A stretch of 64,000 bases of DNA from a virus (IMGVR_UViG_3300037400_003271:1-64000), one strand, 5' to 3'. Counted from the stretch's first letter, positions 19,901-28,661 are shown. A program made the numbers and translations. The notes: generated by a model not told the origin, from the letters alone.

Positions 19901-22900
19901 TATTACTTCGCCGGCCGCCAGTCCGGTAACGGGCCGCGCTGGTTTGTCGGTGGGCACGGAGCAAATGACGACTACGCCGAGTTCGTAAACGGCGTGTTGA
20001 CAATCAAGGCGAACGTGGTATTTAAGCCCGGCCAGCAGATCCCCGGCCTCGAGGACTACGAGTACCTCAAGACCGCGCTCCCGCTTGACGAGGACGCAAC
20101 ACTCGTGAGCGGCGGCCTCATCCTCTCCAAGACCATAGCCCTCACTGACGCGCAGGGCAACATAAAGGCCGGCATCAACGGCCTCGCGACCCTTGGCGAC
20201 ATCGCCGCCTGGTATGGCGGCCCGATGGTCGACCACGAGGCTATCCCGGCCGCATCCGCTTTCGCGAAGTCGCTCTTCCGTTTCGACGGCTCGGGCTACC
20301 TCGCCGGAGGCAACATCCACTGGGGCTCCGACGGCTACGGCGGCATCCCGGGCGTCACCTGGAGCCGCGAGGACGGGCAGGACGTCGTAACCATCGGTGG
20401 TAACGTGAAGCTCGCGTCCGTGTCCGGCGACACCGTCACCGACCTGCTTACCGCGATCCAGCAGCTCCCGACGACATACGTCGACTTCGTGTCGAACCAG
20501 ACCATCACGGGCGTGAAGACATTCACGAACGGCATCAAGATCGGCGACGCGACCCTCACCTGGGTCCCCGGCGCCGCCGGCGCTCCTGGGCACCTGCACA
20601 TCGACCAGGCGCTCGTCACCGAAGGCGACCAGATCGTGATAGCTGGCGAGCCGGGTGGCGGTGGCGGTGGCGGCGTGAGTTGGCTCTCGGAGCTGATGGA
20701 CGTGAAGAAGAACCTTGCGCCGAGCGTGAATGACATCCTCGTATGGCGTAGCAACGTGTCCCGCAACGACGGGACGACGGCGCCGGGCTGGACGAACATG
20801 ACGAAGTCCACTTTCCTCTCCGGCTATGCGACGCAGACGTGGGTGACGGGGCAGATCAACGACATCCTTTCATCGGTTCTCAAGTTCCAGGGCACGACGA
20901 CGACGGCCATCGCGGACGGCTCAACGACGAACCCCATCACGATCGACGGGGCGAGCTACACGGCGCAGAAGGGCGACGTGGTGCTATACGATGGCAAGGA
21001 ATACCTCTGGCAAGGAAGCTCATGGGAGCAGCTTGGCGACGAGTCCTCGTGGGCGTTGAAGACCACGAAGATTCAGGCGGGGACGGGCTTGACGGGCGGC
21101 GGCACCCTCGCGGCGAACCGCACCATCTCGCTCTCCTCTGCGAGCATCGCTTCCCTTGCGCTTGCGGACACGGCATACCAGAAGCCTTCCTCCGGCATCC
21201 CGGCCACGGACCTCGCAAGCGCCGTGCAGACGAATATCACAAACGGAGCGACGGCATACAGCTACTTCACGAACGGCGTGGCGAACTCTGCCGCGCGTCT
21301 CTCCGGCAATACGGCCTACTCTGTCTGGGGCGTGGAGTTCTGGGCCAACGGCGTGCCGAAGTCGGCCACCGCACGGCCGAACCTCTATGTCGGCAACACG
21401 AAGGTGGCCACATCCGCGCAGACCGCGATGAGCATCGGCGGATTGGGTACTCTTACTCTCGCTAACGGAAGTGGGATTAGATTCGCGGACAACCCCGCCG
21501 AGGGCGCGACCGCGCAGAACCTCACCGCGCTCCAGTTCGCCACGACCAACAAACTTCTTATAGGCTTTGATACTTCCACCGCTGGCGCAGAGACCATCCT
21601 CTACGGCAACGAGATAACCCTGCGCTACGGCACGGGGCATACGAATGGAATGATTATCAACTCGACCGCCATCACCGCATATCGGGACATCATTCCGAGT
21701 TCAAGCGGATCGAGGAATCTCGGCTCATCCACGGCCCTCTGGAAGTACGCATACGCGCAGCGGCTCTACCTGACGAGTTCCATCTACATCGAATATGTGG
21801 ACAACTCCGGCAACGGCTATGTGCATATCAACGCCCCGCTGGTGACGGACGGCGACCAGATCGTCGTGAGCGGCACCCCCGGTGGTGGCTCGGGCGGCGT
21901 GAACTGGCTCTATGAGCTCCAGGATGTCGACCCGACCCTCTCCTCGCCTACAGGCGGGATGGTCCTGCAATACGACGCGACCTCTCACTTGTGGAAAGGT
22001 GCCGCATCTGACACCATCGGCATCACCACGGCGGGCACCGTCGCGGAACTGAACGCCGCGACCCCGACCACCGAGAAGCGCGTGTGGTCTCCTTCCGTGC
22101 TGGCCTCGTGGCTCGCTGGGAAGAACTACATCACCGGCGCCGACGCGGTGTCCAACGTCGCGGTCGGAGGAACCGGCCATACCAACGAGCTGGCCATCAC
22201 GAAGAACGGCTCCACCTCCTACATCACCGTCCCCTATGCCAACACCGTCAAGCGGTTCAAGCGTTATGCCGGTACAGACGAGGTTGGCGGCTACGACCTC
22301 AATACCCTCCTCTCCGGCGGCGGCATCACGAGCCAGTACAACGGTTCGAGCCGATGGGCCAACCGCCCGGATTCGATGTCTTTCGGTGGCGTTCTCCAGA
22401 TCAATCCGAATACTAACAACAACCTCTCTATGCAGCTCGCCTGGGATGTTGTAGACAACCGGACGCAGGAAATCTATAAGACCGGCAAGATGTGGTGGCG
22501 TGACTACAACGCCATCACGGGCTGGGGTTCCTGGCACATCATCTACGACAACACCACCCTCCTGCTCAACGGCGCGGAGGGCACGGATACACCGTTGACA
22601 TTCTTCGCCCCCACGGGCGCCGGTAACGCTGGACAGGTCCTTCTATCCGGCGGCGCCGGTGTCGCTCCGGCGTGGTCGTCCGCCGCGCTCGGCGCGGCCA
22701 ATAAGCCCGTATACATAAACGCATCTGGAGTATTGACCGAGGGAAGCACCTGCGTCACCCTCGCCGGGGCGCAGACCATCACCGGCGCGAAGACGCACTC
22801 CGCGAACATCACGCTCAACAATGCCGTCGGCCTCTACTGCGAGGACACCAACGACGCTTCCGTCGAGGCCGTCAGTATGTCTACCTCGAACACCCTGCGT

Positions 22901-23608
22901 TTTGGCTACGGCAACCGCCTTGCCGGCACTACCGGCCTCTTCGGAAAGACGTTCCGGATCGGTACGACCGACACCGCAGCCGGGCCGGACATATATATCG
23001 GCGGATTGAGCAGCACGCACAACACAGATGCTGCGAACATCTACTTCCACTCGACCCTCGCATCGGGCGCTGTCCGTAACGGCGTGAAGGTGGCTGCGGA
23101 GCACGTAGCGAGCGCCGACCGGCTCAACCTCTCCGTCTATACATCGAACAACGCAACCTCGCCTTACGCTCCATCCTGGAACAAGACGCTGGAGGTGACA
23201 TACGACGGCAAGGTGAACATCGGAGCGCCGTCCTTCTCGGACGGGGCGCTGAACGTGAACGGCGCCATCGTGTCGGCGGGCGACCAGGTCATCGCCTCCG
23301 ACGAGCGCATCAAGCGCAACTTCAAGCCGATCGAGCTCTCCGTCGAGCAGATCGCCTCCTGCCGGGCCGTGTCCTTCGACTGGGCGTCGGGCGGCCACTC
23401 CTTTGGCAGCGTTGCGCAGGATTGGGAGCCCATGGTCCCCGAGGCGGTCAAGCAGGGTGACATCAAGACGCTCGCCTACGGGCAGCTCGCCCTCGTCGCG
23501 GCCATCAACATCGCCAAGCACGAGACGGAGCAGGACGAGGAAATCCGCAGGCTCCGCGAGCGCGTGGCCGACTTGGAGAAAGAAGTGAAACGATTAAGAA
23601 CGAACTGA
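16934..23608 (+). CDS. Fused baseplate hub/tail tip and tail fibre with C-terminal peptidase S74 intramolecular chaperone
   Basis: 2224 aa; N-terminal hub-like region, G/T/S/A-rich fibre repeats, pyocin-knob-like segment (KMWWRDYNAITGWGSWH), SDERIKRNF plus terminal coiled coil. Confidence 0.85.
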   Translation: MIPAITEVNFPSYATLHQATVSLQDMGDRVITTQVRIDGDIVPDFSGWELRFKGERFVLPSDNPQASKDNTTRNSIVDLQFQSWAIQELKRYYFFEAASVSAGVAIADKYIAPVRLNVEDFVALLNQVLQYYFGGKIVADLYLSGTGIYSQEPKAIDINYSYLWDVIGKIFEIYGVRNRIEYDASSDVYTIKINYPAPEISDHDFEYGYQGGLLKFERQVQDESLSNILLGRGGTKNLPYRYFKKVDPQNQEWAADPDAIPELASIYFDRLHDINFRWYVRGWMHNPNRDTSGDEAWDPGHVFPTYEISSDSPHYWAYQKGLTDETFSPVEYVKDDDSIAAYGEHWGALDDNDDVYPTIQGRSRSGIGRIDEVVAVSPIITDDIDAMSEAASIEKSIDSLVVSVYANNRTQFEIESKQFTIPAGSVGNITYTPLSNETVFPNFVKYDTENTRLVAVPISGGAEIPATGIPAGTYRLKLYLVLSVESPASVATGDFGIENIVLTMTAQDENAWKPTFDIWVKDIWGTSRQQGETDEQYSERVWGPILGDRAGNEAKVAFSTGFMASSSDYEFVIASYPVPDTSKSIGGVQSAWRITLRKSDAEFDATGLYIPNATTGGKPVAGDKFFFTGIDMPHAYVEMGEEELSTVKSGELQGTATVNPTWIISLDKVRVNTLEAGEFGQTLADRLAAGAKLRVTDPRFSGGDVLILHAQSITYTWNEPTDDSPYIVPDIEVVLSDKVVSRESRQDKIESSVEQIKAQYARLDAVESVVRMVAEPLFLKKTGESDSSASPTQFSSKVSSKGFRQGGVGGSGWGFYKDNTDELAEGEIGDGDTVLEVDRMVVRKGLQVNSLVVNQVEYRGGMEVISAAKIEISKVIETNTRYICYFDQRKNSIANNFQVGDIAYGQVFTPQNATLRYYKCKVEAVDIDRVELSKTVKDGSGVPQAGDIIVQYGSYTDAARQYVIVRDVIGGGYERMISGLNAVDAPGAEYYFAGRQSGNGPRWFVGGHGANDDYAEFVNGVLTIKANVVFKPGQQIPGLEDYEYLKTALPLDEDATLVSGGLILSKTIALTDAQGNIKAGINGLATLGDIAAWYGGPMVDHEAIPAASAFAKSLFRFDGSGYLAGGNIHWGSDGYGGIPGVTWSREDGQDVVTIGGNVKLASVSGDTVTDLLTAIQQLPTTYVDFVSNQTITGVKTFTNGIKIGDATLTWVPGAAGAPGHLHIDQALVTEGDQIVIAGEPGGGGGGGVSWLSELMDVKKNLAPSVNDILVWRSNVSRNDGTTAPGWTNMTKSTFLSGYATQTWVTGQINDILSSVLKFQGTTTTAIADGSTTNPITIDGASYTAQKGDVVLYDGKEYLWQGSSWEQLGDESSWALKTTKIQAGTGLTGGGTLAANRTISLSSASIASLALADTAYQKPSSGIPATDLASAVQTNITNGATAYSYFTNGVANSAARLSGNTAYSVWGVEFWANGVPKSATARPNLYVGNTKVATSAQTAMSIGGLGTLTLANGSGIRFADNPAEGATAQNLTALQFATTNKLLIGFDTSTAGAETILYGNEITLRYGTGHTNGMIINSTAITAYRDIIPSSSGSRNLGSSTALWKYAYAQRLYLTSSIYIEYVDNSGNGYVHINAPLVTDGDQIVVSGTPGGGSGGVNWLYELQDVDPTLSSPTGGMVLQYDATSHLWKGAASDTIGITTAGTVAELNAATPTTEKRVWSPSVLASWLAGKNYITGADAVSNVAVGGTGHTNELAITKNGSTSYITVPYANTVKRFKRYAGTDEVGGYDLNTLLSGGGITSQYNGSSRWANRPDSMSFGGVLQINPNTNNNLSMQLAWDVVDNRTQEIYKTGKMWWRDYNAITGWGSWHIIYDNTTLLLNGAEGTDTPLTFFAPTGAGNAGQVLLSGGAGVAPAWSSAALGAANKPVYINASGVLTEGSTCVTLAGAQTITGAKTHSANITLNNAVGLYCEDTNDASVEAVSMSTSNTLRFGYGNRLAGTTGLFGKTFRIGTTDTAAGPDIYIGGLSSTHNTDAANIYFHSTLASGAVRNGVKVAAEHVASADRLNLSVYTSNNATSPYAPSWNKTLEVTYDGKVNIGAPSFSDGALNVNGAIVSAGDQVIASDERIKRNFKPIELSVEQIASCRAVSFDWASGGHSFGSVAQDWEPMVPEAVKQGDIKTLAYGQLALVAAINIAKHETEQDEEIRRLRERVADLEKEVKRLRTN

Positions 23609-23609
23609 T

Positions 23610-24788
23610 ATGGGGTTCAACGGAGATATACTTACATGGCCATTCACAAAGATAGCCGCGAATGGAAACGGGGACTTGCAACGCGCTTTGCGTACTTCAG
23701 TGAAGAGTGAAATACAGCTGGTCGCGGACGTAGACAGGAACGGAGATCCTGCGGACAGAATCAACATCTGGGCGAAAGGAAAACCGTTCCGCGACCAGAC
23801 GAATGTCTTTGCGTCCGACGCAGCTCGCAATTCAGCAAGGCAACTTGCGAATTTTGGGTTGAGCATCCCGGATATGGGTTACAGTTCACTCAACAGCATG
23901 ATTGCCAATCTGCAAGGAGCTGCGTGGACTTACCTCAAACCGCGTATCGGGACAGATCCGCTTCGGCCCCTCGATTTCGATGGGTATGCTCCGTATGCTA
24001 CCGCGCCAATCTCTCCGCTCCAAGCGACGATCGAAGTAGATTCCGCCGAAGGTACAATAAACGCCGGAGTCGGTTACTCTCGGAATATGCCGTCGCAGGC
24101 GGGCTTCCTTACACTCGACGATTTGCGTATTGATGGTCACAGCATAAACGATTCGTTTGGGGAGTATTACTTTGGCGTTTGCCTGTACTACTCCGACACG
24201 ATAAGGTATGCTTCCACGATGGCCGACAAGTACAAGACGATTCAGGCGGCGTTGGATGAGATTGGTTTGTCCGTGCGTGGGGTTTCCGTACCCGGCACAG
24301 GAACCAGGACATACAGAGCGATTCCTTTCTTTGCAACCGTCCCGTTTGACACGATGCCGTCTAACTATCAGGGATCACTCTATGCTCTGCCGTTTGCAGA
24401 GTGCGCGGTTTCCGTCACGAGAACGCAGGGTATATCTATCACGATGCTCATGTACACGCTACTCGGCTCTGATACCATCTACTACCAGTACAAGTACAAT
24501 AACCCGACACGCGCGGAATCTTCTGGGGAAGTCACTCTCTGGGCGTTACAATCCTACAATATCAACGATTTCTATGGCAGCGCACTTTTGAGGGAAACTC
24601 GAACTGTCCCAGCTCAATCCGACTACACTTCTCCCATCTATTCGATCACGGATGGAATCACTGCCAGAGACATCTTGGCACACTGCTCTTTTGCCGGCGC
24701 TGAACTCAAACAAGGAACAATGCGGGTCGCGCAATCGGTCACAAGTATCATCATCGACGCCGATCCTACTGACCCGCCAACTATTTAA
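23610..24788 (+). CDS. Tail fibre-associated/receptor-binding protein candidate
   Basis: 392 aa directly after the fibre; beta-rich C-half; codon usage differs from the flanking genes. Confidence 0.5.
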   Translation: MGFNGDILTWPFTKIAANGNGDLQRALRTSVKSEIQLVADVDRNGDPADRINIWAKGKPFRDQTNVFASDAARNSARQLANFGLSIPDMGYSSLNSMIANLQGAAWTYLKPRIGTDPLRPLDFDGYAPYATAPISPLQATIEVDSAEGTINAGVGYSRNMPSQAGFLTLDDLRIDGHSINDSFGEYYFGVCLYYSDTIRYASTMADKYKTIQAALDEIGLSVRGVSVPGTGTRTYRAIPFFATVPFDTMPSNYQGSLYALPFAECAVSVTRTQGISITMLMYTLLGSDTIYYQYKYNNPTRAESSGEVTLWALQSYNINDFYGSALLRETRTVPAQSDYTSPIYSITDGITARDILAHCSFAGAELKQGTMRVAQSVTSIIIDADPTDPPTI

Positions 24789-24799
24789 CAACCAATATT

Positions 24800-25009
24800 A
24801 TGACAGAACAGAACAAAAAAAACCTGAAGGACGGCATCGTCAAGATTGCCCTCATCATCTACGCGCTCCTCACGATCATCACGTGCGCGGGCGTCTGGAA
24901 CTACTGCCCGGAGGACACCGTAAAGGTGCTCGCCGGTGTGCTTTTCGCCTGCAACGGACTCGTCGTCGTCAGGCTCTGGAAGAAATCCGAGGACAAACCC
25001 TCGGCGTAA
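24800..25009 (+). CDS. Holin candidate
   Basis: 69 aa with two hydrophobic helices and charged termini, near the endolysin. Confidence 0.5.
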   Translation: MTEQNKKNLKDGIVKIALIIYALLTIITCAGVWNYCPEDTVKVLAGVLFACNGLVVVRLWKKSEDKPSA

Positions 25010-25025
25010 TGCTCCTTTGTTTGCC

Positions 25026-25045
25026 GGGGAGGGGCGACCCTCCCC
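25026..25045 (+). other. Intergenic GNRA hairpin
   Basis: GGGGAGGG-GCGA-CCCTCCCC, with outer GTTTGC/GCAAAC pairing. Confidence 0.55.
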
Positions 25046-25106
25046 TCTGCAAACGGGAGAAATCACAAAGTCAAACAACAACAATCAAACAAACAAAGGA
25101 ACAACC

Positions 25107-25562
25107 ATGAACAAAGAAAACATCATCAACCTCGTCAACGCCGGTGTGCCCGGCATCACGAACCTCACCCTCTCCGGCAAGCACGCCTACAAGGTGCTGA
25201 AATTCCGCCGCGCCATCCTCGCCGTCCACGGCCAGATCTGCGACGAGTTCTCCGCCATCTTCAAGGAGGCGGGCATCGAAGACCCGCAGGCGTTCGACAA
25301 GGAGCGCAACGAGCTCCGTACCATCTCCAGCCGCACCGCCGAGCAGGAGGCTCGCCTGGCAGAGCTCGACAAGACCTTCGTCCGCTACAAGGAGCTCGAA
25401 GAAGAGATGCTGAAGGAGGAGGTGAAGCTCGACTGCGTGCCTATGCCCTACGAGGACTTCCACGCGCTCCAGAAGGAGAACGAGAAGACCTGCCCGGCCC
25501 TCGCGCACGGCTACATCGAGGACGTCCTGGAAGGCGTGCTCTGGACGGCGCCGGAAGAATAG
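25107..25562 (+). CDS. Hypothetical protein (possible fibre assembly chaperone)
   Basis: ATG 25107 after an A-rich leader; acidic and helical; strong codon bias. Confidence 0.55.
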   Translation: MNKENIINLVNAGVPGITNLTLSGKHAYKVLKFRRAILAVHGQICDEFSAIFKEAGIEDPQAFDKERNELRTISSRTAEQEARLAELDKTFVRYKELEEEMLKEEVKLDCVPMPYEDFHALQKENEKTCPALAHGYIEDVLEGVLWTAPEE

Positions 25563-25571
25563 TTGAAAAAG

Positions 25572-25591
25572 GGCGCCCGCCAACGGGCGCC
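25572..25591 (+). terminator. Terminator-like hairpin
   Basis: GGCGCCCG-CCAA-CGGGCGCC followed by an AT run. Confidence 0.55.
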
Positions 25592-25609
25592 TATATATAT
25601 CAAAAAGAA

Positions 25610-25771
25610 ATGAAAGGGTTCATATTGACTTATTCATATATTGGTGATATGGGGGAACCGATCCACCACAAGGAGGAGTACCCCACGCGAATCTCTGCCA
25701 TCATCAACTGTTGGTTCGCCAAACATGATCGCCGCAAGACTTTTGTAACACTCAGAGAAAATAAAAAGTAG
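25610..25771 (+). CDS. Small hypothetical protein, 53 aa (not in ORF track)
   Basis: MKGFILTYSY...RENKK; fills the gap before the endolysin. Confidence 0.4.
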   Translation: MKGFILTYSYIGDMGEPIHHKEEYPTRISAIINCWFAKHDRRKTFVTLRENKK

Positions 25772-25775
25772 CCTT

Positions 25776-26216
25776 ATGGGAAAGTACAAGTATTTTGAAC
25801 TGTACGAGTTCTTGCGATCCGAGAAAGCGAAAAAGAACGGTATAGACAACACTCCAACCTTCGAAATCGTGGAACGGATCTGCCAGCTCGTCTCGTCCAT
25901 CCTCGATCCGTTGCGCGCCGCGTGGGGGTCTGGAATCAACATCAACTCCGGTTTCCGCTGCGAGGCCCTCAACAAACTCGTTGGCGGTTCCACTACTTCG
26001 GTCCATAAGCTCGGATGGGCTGCGGACCTTACCCCGGCAAACGGAAAGTTCGACGAGTTCGTCAAGTTCGTCGGGGACTGGCTCAAGAAGAACAGAATCA
26101 AGTTCGACCAACTCATCATCGAGTCCGATAGTAAGGGTAATCGCTGGCTCCATATCGGACTTTACAACAACGCCGGCCAGCAGAGGTGTGAGGTCAAAAC
26201 GATGAACGTGAAATGA
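25776..26216 (+). CDS. Endolysin, peptidase M15 family zinc peptidase
   Basis: SGFRC..LN..VGG...SVHKLGWAAD and WLHIG zinc-binding motifs. Confidence 0.88.
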   Translation: MGKYKYFELYEFLRSEKAKKNGIDNTPTFEIVERICQLVSSILDPLRAAWGSGININSGFRCEALNKLVGGSTTSVHKLGWAADLTPANGKFDEFVKFVGDWLKKNRIKFDQLIIESDSKGNRWLHIGLYNNAGQQRCEVKTMNVK

Positions 26217-26824
26217 AATTCGATAGGATTCTTGACGACATTTTGCTTGTCGTCTGTGTGATTGTCGTCGCCTACTTTTCGTGGGAAATAAGCGGCAACA
26301 TACACTATTCATCGGGGTATGATGATGCGCTCGCGTCCATCAAGCCCGACACGGAGTATGTAGACAAGCCGATCTACATCGACAAGCCCGTCCCGGTCAT
26401 CGAGTATCGCGATACGGGCAGGGTGGTGTATGTGCCGGTCATCATCAAGGACAGCACCGGCCACACGGACACGACCGCAGTGCCGATGCACCCGGATGTG
26501 AAGCAATACGAAGACTCCACCTATCGGGCGCAAGTATCTGGTATCAATCCGAATCTCGATTGGATAGAGGTCTACCAGCGCACATTCTACATCACGAAGG
26601 TCGTGCCGGAGTACAAGTACCCAACCTTCGCACTATCTCCTACCATAGACGCATTTGTCTTCCCTGGCCATTTCTCGTTCGGAGGAGGTCTGGAGATAGA
26701 CTATTGGAAGGGCCGGTGGCAGTTCTCGGCTGAGGGAGGATACGGCGTATTCTATGACTTCAAGCGCGCAATCGCTGGTCCGTACGGCCAGATAGGCGCA
26801 AAGTATAACCTTATCAGAAAATAG
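26213..26824 (+). CDS. Spanin-like lysis accessory protein
   Basis: N-terminal TM helix, extended P/V/D/T-rich linker, C-terminal amphipathic beta strands; ATGA overlap with the endolysin. Confidence 0.5.
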   Translation: MKFDRILDDILLVVCVIVVAYFSWEISGNIHYSSGYDDALASIKPDTEYVDKPIYIDKPVPVIEYRDTGRVVYVPVIIKDSTGHTDTTAVPMHPDVKQYEDSTYRAQVSGINPNLDWIEVYQRTFYITKVVPEYKYPTFALSPTIDAFVFPGHFSFGGGLEIDYWKGRWQFSAEGGYGVFYDFKRAIAGPYGQIGAKYNLIRK

Positions 26825-26830
26825 TAGGCT

Positions 26831-27010
26831 ATGACAAGATCAAAAGTGAAAGTATCGACGAAGCCCGGCCGGTCCGGACAGCTTCTCGCAAAGGCGCCAG
26901 TGCTGGTTAAGACAACGTCAAACGCGGCCGGATCCCCGATCCACAGCTCGCGGGCCCATATCGGTGTTCATATCAGGACGACGCACGATGGGAAGCCGCG
27001 GCCTAAATGA
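26831..27010 (+). CDS. Small basic protein, 59 aa (not in ORF track)
   Basis: MTRSKVKVSTKPGRSG...KPRPK; tiles between neighbours. Confidence 0.4.
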   Translation: MTRSKVKVSTKPGRSGQLLAKAPVLVKTTSNAAGSPIHSSRAHIGVHIRTTHDGKPRPK

Positions 27011-27011
27011 C

Positions 27012-27383
27012 GTGGCGGAGTACATTCGTACGCTGAAACGGGTGACAATTTTCACACAATTGCTCCCGTTTCTTTATTCGCTATGCTACATCGCGGTTCT
27101 TCTGGCATATCAGTTCGTTCCAGAGTGGGCGGTGGACCTTCTTGATTCGCTATTCTACATATCTCCAGCGTTTATGGCTGGCGCCGTAATCCTTTCCAGA
27201 CTGCTGCACCTCTGCAGATGGCATCAGCTGGCATGCGTGATACCTGCAATATCTCAGATCCCGGTGCTGTTCGACAGGTTTTTTTCGTCGATGGATCAGG
27301 GTGCGGCAATGATTTCGAATATTTCGGTTGCGCTTATGGCCGCACTCTTTATCATTTCCGCGTATAAAGTGTTCTTAAGATAA
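27012..27383 (+). CDS. Multi-pass membrane protein
   Basis: About four hydrophobic segments; GTG 27012 is the likely start (ATG 26988 is an alternative). Confidence 0.55.
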   Translation: MAEYIRTLKRVTIFTQLLPFLYSLCYIAVLLAYQFVPEWAVDLLDSLFYISPAFMAGAVILSRLLHLCRWHQLACVIPAISQIPVLFDRFFSSMDQGAAMISNISVALMAALFIISAYKVFLR

Positions 27384-27667
27384 TGGATGTAAAGAAATAT
27401 CTGATCGAGATACTTGACTACTACAAATACAAGGTCGAGAATGACCTGTGCAACCTTGAAGAGATGAATTCGGTTATCCGCTCGCTGGAAGAGAACGCGA
27501 AAGTGACCGGGACGATCTCCGACTTTGCGAGATTCTTCAATGTTCCGGAGACGACGGTCAGGACAAACATCTTCCGGAAGATGTTCTCGAAGCCGAAGCG
27601 AAAGGTGCTGTACTCGTTCAGCGAGTTTCTGAAGATTGTTCCAGCGAGGTGGCGAAATAACAAGTAG
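27383..27667 (+). CDS. HTH DNA-binding protein
   Basis: TISDFARFFNVPETTVRTNI helix-turn-helix pattern. Confidence 0.55.
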   Translation: MDVKKYLIEILDYYKYKVENDLCNLEEMNSVIRSLEENAKVTGTISDFARFFNVPETTVRTNIFRKMFSKPKRKVLYSFSEFLKIVPARWRNNK

Positions 27668-27713
27668 TTGCCGGAAGTAAAGAACACTTTTCCTCCACAT
27701 AGTTTTTCTGCCG

Positions 27714-27752
27714 AACTTTGTCGTAAAGATGTGGCCCATCTACGACAAAGTT
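27714..27752 (+). promoter_or_regulatory. Long inverted repeat (operator or leader hairpin) upstream of the cassette
   Basis: Perfect 12-bp arms AACTTTGTCGTA (27714-27725) and TACGACAAAGTT (27741-27752) with inner GATG/CATC. Confidence 0.6.
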
Positions 27753-27773
27753 TAACTTTTAATTCAAACTAAA

Positions 27774-28661
27774 ATGGCAGAGTCCGATAAAACTATCATT
27801 CTTCCCGACAACCAGTCTCACGGATACGGCTATCCTATGGGCGGTTTCGGGGGCTTCGGTTCCTTTAACAGCATCGCCGACCTGTTCGGCCTTGCGATCA
27901 TCGCCAGCATGTTCGGCTGGGGCGGCAACTGGGGTGGCGGCTTCGGCGGCTGGGGTGGCAACTCTGGCGCCGGTTTCCTTTCCAACCAACTCAACAACGA
28001 CAGCGGCCGCGAACTGATTATGAATGCGGTCACCTCCCAGGGTGAGGCATCTCGTACGGCCATCCAGAGCCTTGCAACTATGCTCGGCCAGGACTTCAAC
28101 CTCGTGAACGGCGCTGTTCAGAATGTCCAGAACGCCCTCGCTACCATCGCCGCCAATCAGGGCATGAACACCCTGCAGGTGGTGAACGCGATCCAGAATG
28201 GCAACTGTCAGCTCGCGAGCCAGTTCCAGCAGTGCTGCTGCGAGAACAAACTTCTCGTCACCGAGCAGGGCTATCAGAACCAGCTCCGCACCGTCGCGCA
28301 GACCAACGAGATCAACGGCAACATCGCCGACCTCAAGGCGACCGTTATTGACCAGTTCTGCGGCCTCGAGAAGCGCGAGATGCAGGCCAAGATCGAGACG
28401 CAGGCAGACATTATCGGCCAGCTCCGCGGTCAGATCGACAACGCGAACCAGACCGCGGCCATCACCGGTTACGTCAACAGCCTCGTGACCCCTCTCGCGC
28501 AGAAGGTGAACGAGATCGCAGCCAAACAGCTCCCTACGGTGCCTGTCGTGTATCCCAACATTCAGGCCGTGAACAACACGCCGTTCATGGGAAACTACTA
28601 CGGCGGTTTCAATGGCTACGGCTACGGACCCGGCTGGGGCAACGGCAGTTACTGGGGCTAA
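27774..28661 (+). CDS. Gly/aromatic-rich, Q/N-rich coiled-coil protein of unknown function (cassette gene 1)
   Basis: 295 aa; GFGGFG/GWGG N-terminus with hydrophobic helix, QQCCCEN motif, GY-rich C-terminus; capsid-like codon bias. Confidence 0.8.
   Translation: MAESDKTIILPDNQSHGYGYPMGGFGGFGSFNSIADLFGLAIIASMFGWGGNWGGGFGGWGGNSGAGFLSNQLNNDSGRELIMNAVTSQGEASRTAIQSLATMLGQDFNLVNGAVQNVQNALATIAANQGMNTLQVVNAIQNGNCQLASQFQQCCCENKLLVTEQGYQNQLRTVAQTNEINGNIADLKATVIDQFCGLEKREMQAKIETQADIIGQLRGQIDNANQTAAITGYVNSLVTPLAQKVNEIAAKQLPTVPVVYPNIQAVNNTPFMGNYYGGFNGYGYGPGWGNGSYWG

Noticed and set aside
17363-20599. 1078-aa antisense ORF, and similar long antisense ORFs at 2361-3701, 4472-5875, 8201-9118, 39892-40977 and 48706-50121
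   Set aside because: They lie opposite well-supported genes with strong C/G third-position bias, which removes antisense stops; the translations have no motifs and no start context
23610-24788. Diversity-generating retroelement target
   Set aside because: No reverse transcriptase and no adenine-mismatched template repeat seen in the window; a DGR outside the window cannot be excluded
16934-24788. Tail-fibre shufflon driven by the serine recombinase
   Set aside because: No inverted fibre fragments or repeated inverted crossover sites seen, and the recombinase is more than 15 kb away
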